The notes under the pieces are model-generated. The model searched no databases, was not told where the DNA came from, and was given only the letters and a program-made list of their open reading frames with translations. Positions 10,153 to 17,770 of a stretch of 42,649 bases of DNA are shown here, one piece after another. The stretch lies in assembly GCA_012730035.1 (NCBI GenBank), contig JAAYBQ010000044.1, positions 1-42,649 of the forward strand, written 5' to 3'. This DNA is from Spirochaetota bacterium. Lineage in GTDB: Bacteria > Spirochaetota > UBA4802 > UBA5550. A program made the translations under genes and the position numbers. The stretch's first letter is position 1; each line of letters opens with the position of its first letter.

Positions 10153-10851
10153 ATGACAAAAACCGGGTTACATGCGTTACTCTGTACTCTACTGGTAATG
10201 CTGTGCGCGCTCCCGGCAATGACAGAGACGGCATTATTCCCTGGAAAGATCGAGTTCAGGGGAGTGATCAATGTATCAGGCCGTGATATAGTCCGCAGGG
10301 CAGGGATAAGTCGTTCGGGCAAAGAGTTTTCGGTGGATATGGAGAGACTGAACAGGGTGCTGGGCAGTGACGTGATGATTGATAGTTACGAAATCGTTGC
10401 CGGGAATGGAAACCTTGTGGTAACTGTGCGCGAGAGGTACCCGCTCTTCATGTTACTTGTTGTTGATAAAGAGTTGAGTGTACCGGTACTTGTTGACGAT
10501 AATATGAATGTAATGGTATCGGGCAGTTTTTTTGAAACGGATATGCCGATAATAATTGTCAGGAGGCATGATTTTGACAGGGGCCTTGAGAACACTGAGC
10601 TCGCGAGCCTCCTGGGGAGTCTGAAGCAGCTTAAGTCGGACAGATCAGTTTTGTGCGGAGAGCTGCAGCAGATCGAAATAGCCGGGCATAATACCCTGAG
10701 GGTGATGCTCCGGAGCAGAAGAACGGTTTTTACAATGTGGAACAGTATGGCCGGATTCCGCAGGCTGGACAGGACAGCGGCATTGCTGGACCAGGCCGGC
10801 AGGTATCCCGATTCGGTAGATCTCAGGGATGAATCAGTTTTAGTGAAGTAA
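10153..10851 (+). CDS. ftsQ: FtsQ/DivIB-like division protein (N-terminal TM plus POTRA-like region)
   Basis: 232 aa with an N-terminal hydrophobic helix LHALLCTLLVMLCALPAM, followed by IEFRGVINVSGRDIVRRAGI (POTRA-like). Position between murC and ftsA. Confidence 0.65.
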   Translation: MTKTGLHALLCTLLVMLCALPAMTETALFPGKIEFRGVINVSGRDIVRRAGISRSGKEFSVDMERLNRVLGSDVMIDSYEIVAGNGNLVVTVRERYPLFMLLVVDKELSVPVLVDDNMNVMVSGSFFETDMPIIIVRRHDFDRGLENTELASLLGSLKQLKSDRSVLCGELQQIEIAGHNTLRVMLRSRRTVFTMWNSMAGFRRLDRTAALLDQAGRYPDSVDLRDESVLVK

Positions 10852-10870
10852 AGTTGCGGGGGAATGACGG

Positions 10871-12094
10871 ATGGAAGACATTATAGTCGGGCTTGATATA
10901 GGAACAACCAAAACATGTGCAGTGATCGGTTTTCTAAACGAGAACAACCAGGTTGAGGTTGCCGGTGTGGGAGTCGCCCCCTCCACTGGAATGAAGAACG
11001 GAGTCATAGTAAATATTGACAACACGGCCGCATCGATTGTCAAGGCTGTGGATGATGCCGAGCTTATGGCCGGTTACGACGTAACAAGTGTTTACGTGGG
11101 GATAAGCGGCCAGCACATAAAAGGTGAAAACTCCAAAGGTGTGGTTGCCATAGCCAACAGGAACAGGACCATAAGCAGCCAGGAGGTCAAGCGTGTAATC
11201 GAGGCTGCGCAGGCGATCGTGATACCGGTCGACAGGGAGATAATGCACGTCCTTTCCAAGGAGTTCACCGTGGATGACCAGGCCGGAATAAAGGACCCGG
11301 TGGGGATGAGCGGTGTGCGGCTGGAGGCCGAGGTGCATATTATAACAGCAGCCACGACCAGCATACAGAATATGATAAAGGCTGTTGCCAAGTCGGGGCT
11401 TCAGCACAGGGATATTATTTTTAATCCGCTCGCGTCAGCGGACGCGGTACTGGCAAAGGATGAAAGGGAGCTTGGTGTTGCCCTTGTAGACCTGGGCGGC
11501 GGAACAACTGACCTTGTGGTTTACATGGAGGGGGGAGTTGCCTATTCTGCAGTCCTCCCGGTAGGGAGCATACATGTGACAAACGATATATCTATAGGAC
11601 TTCGCACATCCATTGAATCTGCGGAGATGATTAAGAAGAAGTTCGGGTGCGCCGATCTTTCGCTTGTGGATTCGGCTGAGATGGTTGAGGTCCCTTCGGT
11701 GGGCGGAAGGGCGCCGCGCAGGCTGTTCAGGCAGGAACTGACCCAGATTATTCAGCCGCGTATGAGCGAGATCATGGAGATGATTGATCATGAACTTGTC
11801 AGGAGCGGCAAGAAGGAGATGCTTGCTGCCGGTGTGGTTCTCACGGGCGGCGGCAGTATGCTGGACGGTTCGGTCGAGGCGGCAGAGCGTGTATTCAATA
11901 TGCCTGTACGTATAGGCATACCCGGAGACATCGCGGGTCTTAAGGATGTTGTTGCAACACCGCAGTATGCGAACGGTGTGGGCCTTCTTAAGTATGGGGT
12001 CAGGATGAACAGGTTCAGGAGCCAGGGGAGATTTGGAGTCTCTAAACCGGGATTAATGTCAAGGGTAAAGAAGATACTCGAAGAGTATTTTTAG
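10871..12094 (+). CDS. ftsA: cell division protein FtsA (actin-like ATPase)
   Basis: GLDIGTTKTCAVIG and VDLGGGTTDL phosphate-binding motifs. 407 aa, immediately upstream of ftsZ. Confidence 0.95.
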   Translation: MEDIIVGLDIGTTKTCAVIGFLNENNQVEVAGVGVAPSTGMKNGVIVNIDNTAASIVKAVDDAELMAGYDVTSVYVGISGQHIKGENSKGVVAIANRNRTISSQEVKRVIEAAQAIVIPVDREIMHVLSKEFTVDDQAGIKDPVGMSGVRLEAEVHIITAATTSIQNMIKAVAKSGLQHRDIIFNPLASADAVLAKDERELGVALVDLGGGTTDLVVYMEGGVAYSAVLPVGSIHVTNDISIGLRTSIESAEMIKKKFGCADLSLVDSAEMVEVPSVGGRAPRRLFRQELTQIIQPRMSEIMEMIDHELVRSGKKEMLAAGVVLTGGGSMLDGSVEAAERVFNMPVRIGIPGDIAGLKDVVATPQYANGVGLLKYGVRMNRFRSQGRFGVSKPGLMSRVKKILEEYF

Positions 12095-12117
12095 GGGTCA
12101 GAGCATCATTGAAGGGG

Positions 12118-12180
12118 GTACGGGGCGCTGCCCCGAAAGGGCCCCGCAGGGCCGTACTGTTGCGGCAAAACAGCAGTTTT
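12118..12180 (+). terminator. GC-rich nested hairpins plus a weak stem and T4 just after the ftsA stop (candidate attenuator or partial terminator)
   Basis: GTAC(12118-21) and GTAC(12154-57) enclose two hairpins: CGGGGC-gct-GCCCCG (12121-35) and GGCCC-cgca-GGGCC (12140-53). Next comes CTGTT-gcggcaa-AACAG (12157-73), then cag and TTTT (12177-80). An alternative pairing 12121-26 with 12141-46 is also possible. Confidence 0.3.
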
Positions 12181-12233
12181 GTACAAAAAAGTGAAGTTTT
12201 TTTCTTTTATTAATGCAGAAAAACAAAAACGAT

Positions 12234-12261
12234 TTGACAAATGAAATTAATGTTTTAGATA
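12234..12261 (+). promoter_or_regulatory. candidate sigma70-type promoter for ftsZ
   Basis: TTGACA (12234-39), a 16-nt spacer, then TAGATA (12256-61). It lies in an AT-rich tract about 115 nt upstream of the ftsZ ATG. The -10 hexamer is a weak match. Confidence 0.25.
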
Positions 12262-12376
12262 TAAATAGTTTAGTGGTAATGATGGGGATTAATTCTATTT
12301 TAATTAATTAATACTGTCGTCTAATGAGACATAATACGTTCGCGTATCACACATATACAGCTTACCTGGAGGGTAC

Positions 12377-13549
12377 ATGTTCAAACTTGAAGAGGATAAA
12401 CCATTAACCACTATAATCAAGGTTATCGGCGTGGGGGGAGCGGGAACCAATGCCGTTAACAGGATGATCGCAACAGGGATGCAGGGGGTTGAATTCATTG
12501 TTGCCAACACAGATGCCCAGCAACTGGGTGACAGCCTGGCACAGGAGAAGATTCAGCTCGGGGCAAAACTGACCAGGGGTCTGGGGGCCGGGGCAAATCC
12601 CGAGGTTGGGCGTGAGGCTGCGAACGAGGACAGGGACAAAATTACAAAGGCTCTTAAGGGAGCTGACATGGTTTTTATTACTTCAGGTATGGGCGGCGGA
12701 ACAGGTACCGGGGCAGCACCTGTTGTTGCGGAAATTGCGAAGGAGGAGGGCGCACTTGTTGTAGGTGTGGTAACCAAACCCTTCAAGGTAGAGGGAAAGC
12801 GCAGGCAGACCCAGGCCGAAGAGGGTATCCGTAACCTTAAAGAGCATGTAGATACATTAATTACAATCCCCAATGACCTTCTTCTTAAAATAATTGACCG
12901 CAAGACGCCTATAGAAGATGCTTTTAAGCTTGCTGATGACATCCTGCGTCAGGGTGTGCAGGGGATCGCAGACCTGATAATGGTAACTGGCCTGGTCAAC
13001 GTGGACTTTGCCGATGTGCGCACGGTAATGAAAGAGACCGGAGATGCGCTCATGGGTGTGGGCATTGGTACTGGCGAGAACAAGGCAATAGAGGCAACGC
13101 ACATGGCAATCAAGTCGCCTCTTCTTGAGGAGACAAGTATCGAAGGGGCCAAGGCTGTACTCATAAACATAGCGGGGGGCAATGACCTTTCGCTGCATGA
13201 AGTCCACGAAGTAACAAGTGAAATAACGCGGCAGGTTGATCCTGACGCAAACATAATATTCGGCACCACCGTTGATCCGGCACTTGACGAGAGGGTAAGG
13301 ATCACCGTAATAGCAACAGGTTTTGACCGCAAAAAGAATATGCTCACGTCAACACCTGTTAAACCCTCGGTGGCCTCAACTCCCACTGGAACATCCCTTA
13401 CACTTATTGACGGTAAGCATGATGTTCAGAAGCAGGGCGCACCTGCGGCCAGAAGAACTTTTACCCTTGACTACGAAGGCAGAAAGAAGGGGAACTTCCA
13501 GAACGAGGACCTTGACATTCCCGCATTTTTACGAAGGATGAGCGAATAA
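12377..13549 (+). CDS. ftsZ: cell division GTPase FtsZ
   Basis: [13 protein letters not shown] and the tubulin signature [23 protein letters not shown] lies 4 nt upstream of the ATG. The C-terminal peptide [10 protein letters not shown] is present. Confidence 0.97.
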   Translation: MFKLEEDKPLTTIIKVIGVGGAGTNAVNRMIATGMQGVEFIVANTDAQQLGDSLAQEKIQLGAKLTRGLGAGANPEVGREAANEDRDKITKALKGADMVFITSGMGGGTGTGAAPVVAEIAKEEGALVVGVVTKPFKVEGKRRQTQAEEGIRNLKEHVDTLITIPNDLLLKIIDRKTPIEDAFKLADDILRQGVQGIADLIMVTGLVNVDFADVRTVMKETGDALMGVGIGTGENKAIEATHMAIKSPLLEETSIEGAKAVLINIAGGNDLSLHEVHEVTSEITRQVDPDANIIFGTTVDPALDERVRITVIATGFDRKKNMLTSTPVKPSVASTPTGTSLTLIDGKHDVQKQGAPAARRTFTLDYEGRKKGNFQNEDLDIPAFLRRMSE

Positions 13550-13690
13550 TAAAAGTCTTCCGCTGGAAAATGCAGCGTTTTAAAAATTTTCTCCCGGGAA
13601 GGTGCGCGACCTGAAGATATCTTTAGCCGGGTATCTTCTCTGTTCACCGGGAGTTATTTTTGTAATGATTTTTTTGTCCCGGATTGTCCC

Positions 13691-14473
13691 TTAAAACAGC
13701 AGCCTGCGCACTGCGGGTTTCCAGATATCGGGTGACCATACTGAAAAATAGTGTACCCTGCGTCTCAGTTTATTCGGCGGCGTTTCAAGCAGCTTTTCCA
13801 TATCATTAAACAGCTCCGGGTGCAGGGATGTATCAATTATTTTTCCGTGCGCGGGAATTATCTCTTTGCACTTCAGTAATCCCAGCCTGTGGTACGAATC
13901 CTTCATTCTATCTTTAAATATTACAGGCAGCGGCAGGTTGAACCTGCCCTTTACCTCGACTATGCTGTCGCCGCAGTAGAGTGTTTTTTTACCTGAATGG
14001 TATATTGCCATGTCGTGCGCGGTATGTCCCGGCGTGTAGATAACCTGCCAGTCCGGGAAAAGGGGGAGTTTGTCACCGTCATTCATCAGAAAATCCGGGC
14101 CTGTGATGCGCCGGCTGAATACCTGCCGTATTTTTGTCTTCTGTTTTGCCGCAACAAGCTGTGCCATAAGGCAGTCCAGTTTGTGCTGAATCCAGCCCGT
14201 GGGGCCGGAGTACCATTTATCGATGTTCTTATAGGCGGCAATTTTTGTGCCGTATTTTTTGCGCAGTAAAGGAGCGCAGCCCGAATGGTCAGGGTGCATG
14301 TGTGTTACAACCGCAAGTTTTATGTCAGGAACAGGCCTTTTCAGTCTTATTTTACAGAAGTATTCTATAACATCAAGGTCTGCAGGTGACGCTCCATCCA
14401 TAAGCAGCAGGCCATGCTCATATTCGGCAATATATAGAGTGTTTATGTATCCCTTTAACGCGTGAATTTTCAT
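13691..14473 (-). CDS. MBL-fold metallo-hydrolase
   Basis: HxHxDH motif (VVTHMHPDHSG), a later TPGHTAHD motif and a C-terminal His (PAHG). 260 aa. Confidence 0.8.
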   Translation of the reverse strand: MKIHALKGYINTLYIAEYEHGLLLMDGASPADLDVIEYFCKIRLKRPVPDIKLAVVTHMHPDHSGCAPLLRKKYGTKIAAYKNIDKWYSGPTGWIQHKLDCLMAQLVAAKQKTKIRQVFSRRITGPDFLMNDGDKLPLFPDWQVIYTPGHTAHDMAIYHSGKKTLYCGDSIVEVKGRFNLPLPVIFKDRMKDSYHRLGLLKCKEIIPAHGKIIDTSLHPELFNDMEKLLETPPNKLRRRVHYFSVWSPDIWKPAVRRLLF

Positions 14474-14717
14474 ACAGCCTCTTTAAACGGCGTATTTATT
14501 ATTGAACAATGTTTAGTATAATAATATGTGTTTAAAAAGTCAAATGGTATTTAGCGAAAGAAATGAAATTTATTACGATATTTTCTTGCAATAATTCGGA
14601 TATAAAATAATTTTATTTGAATAGATTCCGGTAAGGGGTTTAGGTGAATAAGTGGGTATGAACCCTGAAATCTGCTCACTCAAATAAAAAGATATCTGAC
14701 TTAAGCACAGGGACGCA

Positions 14718-15335
14718 ATGACAGAACCAGGAAAATTTACAGACCTTAAGGAACAGGAGAAGCTTCAGAGAAAAAACCTGATCCTTGACGTGGCAGAGAA
14801 GGTTTTTTCACAAAAACCTTTTGACGACGTGAACATGCGGGACCTGGCAAAAGAGGTGGGCATATCACCGGGTTCAATCTATACCTACTTTCCCGATAAA
14901 GAGACCCTTTACGTCGAGGTCTCGCTGCGCGGTTATGAACGTGCCATAGGGATTATGAACGAGATGGTCAATTCGGGCAACGATACCCTGGATAAGGTCG
15001 CGGTGCGCTACATGGAGGAGATGATCGACAACTACGACTACATGCGCATTGTGCAGCACTGCGTAATGGATGGAAAGTTCAGGACGAAGGAATCTATTGA
15101 TCAGCTTAAAGAGGTCTCGAGGGAACTTTTCGGCATATTCGACAGGATACTTTCAAAGGAGACCGGCGCTAAGGATCTGCGCCTTATGACTCACCTTATC
15201 TTTTCAGTGCTTAACGGCATAGTCTTCACATTCGGCAAGTACCCGGGCAGATCAAGGGAGGAGGGTGTGGCCCACATGAAGCGCCTTGCCCGGCTCTTTA
15301 TTACCCTGCTGAACAGGGATGGCAGGGAACACTGA
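14718..15335 (+). CDS. TetR/AcrR-family transcriptional regulator
   Basis: N-terminal TetR helix-turn-helix: ILDVAEKVFSQKPFDDVNMRDLAKEVGISPGSIYTYFPDKETLY. Its stop overlaps the ATG of the next gene (TGATG). Confidence 0.85.
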   Translation: MTEPGKFTDLKEQEKLQRKNLILDVAEKVFSQKPFDDVNMRDLAKEVGISPGSIYTYFPDKETLYVEVSLRGYERAIGIMNEMVNSGNDTLDKVAVRYMEEMIDNYDYMRIVQHCVMDGKFRTKESIDQLKEVSRELFGIFDRILSKETGAKDLRLMTHLIFSVLNGIVFTFGKYPGRSREEGVAHMKRLARLFITLLNRDGREH

Positions 15336-16648
15336 TGCAATCCGGGACTAAGCGGGTTGTAATACTTGGTGCCGGTTTCGGCGGACTCTTCGCGGCCGGA
15401 ACCCTTGCCGGCAAAGATATCACGGTGACCATAATTGACAGGAATAACTTCCATACATTCTACCCGCTCCTTTACCAGGTGGGTGCCGCGGAACTTGAAC
15501 CAGCAGATATAGCATACCCCGTGCGCTCGGTGCTCCGCACAAGAAAGAATATCCGCTTTCTCATGGCTGAAATTACCGGCATCAGTACGGCCGCGAATCT
15601 TGTTAAGACCGATCGCGGCGACGTGCCCTACGATTACCTGATTATAGCCACAGGGAGCAGGCCCGATTTTTACGGGATTAAAGGCGCAAGGGAGCATACC
15701 CTTAACCTTAACACCCTTGACGACGCGATCAGGCTGCGTAACCATATACTGGGCTGTTTTGAAAAAGCCTCACTCTGTAATGATCCGGCCGAAGCGGCGC
15801 GGCTGCTTACCTTCGCGGTTATCGGAGGCGGGCCCACAGGCGTTGAATTTTCCGGGGCCTTTGCAGAACTTGTGCGCGGCCCCCTGTATAAAGATTTTCC
15901 CGACCTTGACCTGGGGCTTGCAAGGATAATACTGATCGATGCCGCGCCCGGGCTTATACCCGGCTACAGTAAAAAGGCTTCGGCCTACACCGGTAAAATT
16001 CTGGAGCGCATGGGAGTAACTGTTATGACCGGATCAGCGGTAAGGCGCGTAGACGCCGATGCCGTTTTTCTTTCGGACGGGGCAGTGATAAGGGCTGCAA
16101 CAATCCTGTGGACAGCGGGAGTCAGCGGCGAGGATGTGCGGGCTGACCGGAAATTCTCTTCAAGGCCCGACCGAAGGATTGAGTCTGCCCGCACCCTGCA
16201 GCTTAAAGATGCTGAAAATGTTTTTGTATGCGGAGACATGGCCTGGTTTGAACAACAGGGTAAGCCCCTGCCGATGATGGCACCGGTCGCGACGCAGCAG
16301 GGTGTTCATGCTGCAAAAAGTATTCTGCGCATGGTACAGGGTAAAAAGCCACTGGAGTTCAGGTTCAAAAACAGGGGATCAATGATTACAATTGGCCGCA
16401 ATTCAGCCGTTGCCAGGATAGGGTCGTTCGAAGTAAAGGGGTTCCCCGCATGGATACTCTGGCTGGGCATACATATATTTTTTCTTATAGGATTCAGAAA
16501 CAAGATTTTTGTTCTTATCAGGTGGTTCGGTGATTATATATTCTTTGAAAGGGCGGGTCGCATGATAATCCCCTCGCGCGCCGAATCGCTGGCCGGGATA
16601 AAGCAAAAAAGATCAGCCGCAGGGGCTCAGGGCACCCGGAGAAAATAA
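15335..16648 (+). CDS. ndh: type-II NADH:quinone oxidoreductase (NDH-2) family FAD-dependent oxidoreductase
   Basis: Two dinucleotide-binding motifs, VVILGAGFGGL and VIGGGPTGVEF, plus a conserved GD (FVCGDMAW). The C-terminal end is hydrophobic. Confidence 0.8.
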   Translation: MQSGTKRVVILGAGFGGLFAAGTLAGKDITVTIIDRNNFHTFYPLLYQVGAAELEPADIAYPVRSVLRTRKNIRFLMAEITGISTAANLVKTDRGDVPYDYLIIATGSRPDFYGIKGAREHTLNLNTLDDAIRLRNHILGCFEKASLCNDPAEAARLLTFAVIGGGPTGVEFSGAFAELVRGPLYKDFPDLDLGLARIILIDAAPGLIPGYSKKASAYTGKILERMGVTVMTGSAVRRVDADAVFLSDGAVIRAATILWTAGVSGEDVRADRKFSSRPDRRIESARTLQLKDAENVFVCGDMAWFEQQGKPLPMMAPVATQQGVHAAKSILRMVQGKKPLEFRFKNRGSMITIGRNSAVARIGSFEVKGFPAWILWLGIHIFFLIGFRNKIFVLIRWFGDYIFFERAGRMIIPSRAESLAGIKQKRSAAGAQGTRRK

Positions 16649-16833
16649 TTCCGGCTTAATACGGGCCCCGGAGAGTTTTACCATAATCTGAATTCTGCGT
16701 AAAAAAATTCCGCGCCAGGCTGGTAAATTTCAGGTTCATCAAAAGAATAAATACGCCAACCCCTGTATTACGGTGTGAAAGAAGAAGCGGCATTACCGCA
16801 GAGCAAGTGGTTGCAGGCCATTGCTTTGAACTT

Positions 16834-17595
16834 TCAGTCCATGAGAAAGTAGAGCGACATTGACCTGAACTCGTCGTTCCTGCTGAGAAACAGGGGGTAG
16901 GACGCGGGCCTGTACATGTGTACCTGCGACTTCCTGAGCATGGGGATCATCGTCTTTGTCCGTTCCTCCATCTGCGGCACAAATTCGTGCGGTTCACACC
17001 CCGCGAACAGAACAGGGCAGTTTACCTTTGAGAGCTCGTTTATAAAATAGCTGTGCCCTGAATCGAGGAACCTCTTCTGCATTTCAGTGTCTTCATCGAG
17101 TATACGTTCCCACTTTGAACCGTTTAATGACTGGTAGCGGCTGCGCAGGTCTGTGTTTTTGATCTTTTCCCTGTAAGAGACAAGGCTGTTCAGGTATTCC
17201 TGGTCAGGTTCATGGCCCGGAATGCTCTCGGCCAGTATGCTGCTTACTGAGCCGGGGTTAATCATGGCCATGTTGAGCGCCACAAGCGCGCCTCCGCCTA
17301 TGCCTATGACAGCAGTTCTTTTAACCTTGATTTTATCGAGAAGCTCACAGAGTGTAACAGCGTGGTCAATCCAGAAATTGTCCGAAGCGCCCGTACCATC
17401 GGGCGACTGGCCGTGTCCCGCAAGGTCTGCTGTTATGGTTTTAAAGTATCCTGAAAAATATTTCAGTTCAGAATCGAATATCCTGGATGACTGGCCGTTG
17501 TCATGAAGAAGAAGAAGTATATCATTAAGGTTGGAGGATGATGAGTTTACTACATTGTACGAGATTTTGTGATACCGGTTTTTATATGAGGGCAT
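16834..17595 (-). CDS. alpha/beta-hydrolase-fold protein, possibly non-catalytic
   Basis: LLLLHDNGQSS and ADLAGHGQSP are typical of the fold. The nucleophile-elbow position reads VIGIGGGALVAL (G-x-G-x-G rather than G-x-S-x-G). Confidence 0.7.
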   Translation of the reverse strand: MPSYKNRYHKISYNVVNSSSSNLNDILLLLHDNGQSSRIFDSELKYFSGYFKTITADLAGHGQSPDGTGASDNFWIDHAVTLCELLDKIKVKRTAVIGIGGGALVALNMAMINPGSVSSILAESIPGHEPDQEYLNSLVSYREKIKNTDLRSRYQSLNGSKWERILDEDTEMQKRFLDSGHSYFINELSKVNCPVLFAGCEPHEFVPQMEERTKTMIPMLRKSQVHMYRPASYPLFLSRNDEFRSMSLYFLMD

Positions 17596-17770
17596 AGACC
17601 TTTCCTGTTAATAGTGTTGACTTCTTAAGTTACAGAGGAAAATATATCATTGTAATTTTCAATTATTTAATCATGTGCGGGATTAAAAACCCGTTTTTTT
17701 TAAGTGGCAAACCTGGAATACTGAAGAGTTGTTCCCGGGCTATTTTTTTTAAATTGGTGATACGGACGGC

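Noticed and set aside
13561-13660. Several small palindromes after ftsZ as convergent terminators: CGCTG-gaaaatg-CAGCG-TTTT, AAGATATCTT, and CTCCCGG...CCGGGAG followed by TTATTTTT.
   Set aside because: The individual stems are 5-7 bp and overlap in alternative ways. Some terminator function for ftsZ or the MBL gene is likely, but I cannot pick a specific structure with confidence.
14505-14513. AACA-A-TGTT palindrome in the MBL/TetR divergent region as a TetR operator.
   Set aside because: It has only 4-bp arms, and extension to TGAACAATGTTTA adds a mismatch. It is indistinguishable from chance in AT-rich DNA without comparative data.
17678-17701. CGGG-attaaaaa-CCCG stem followed by T8 in the 5' region of the histidine kinase gene (possible leader terminator).
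   Set aside because: The stem is only 4 bp. No upstream plus-strand gene needs a terminator there. The putative promoter (TTGACT 17617-22) has no good -10. This is too weak to call.
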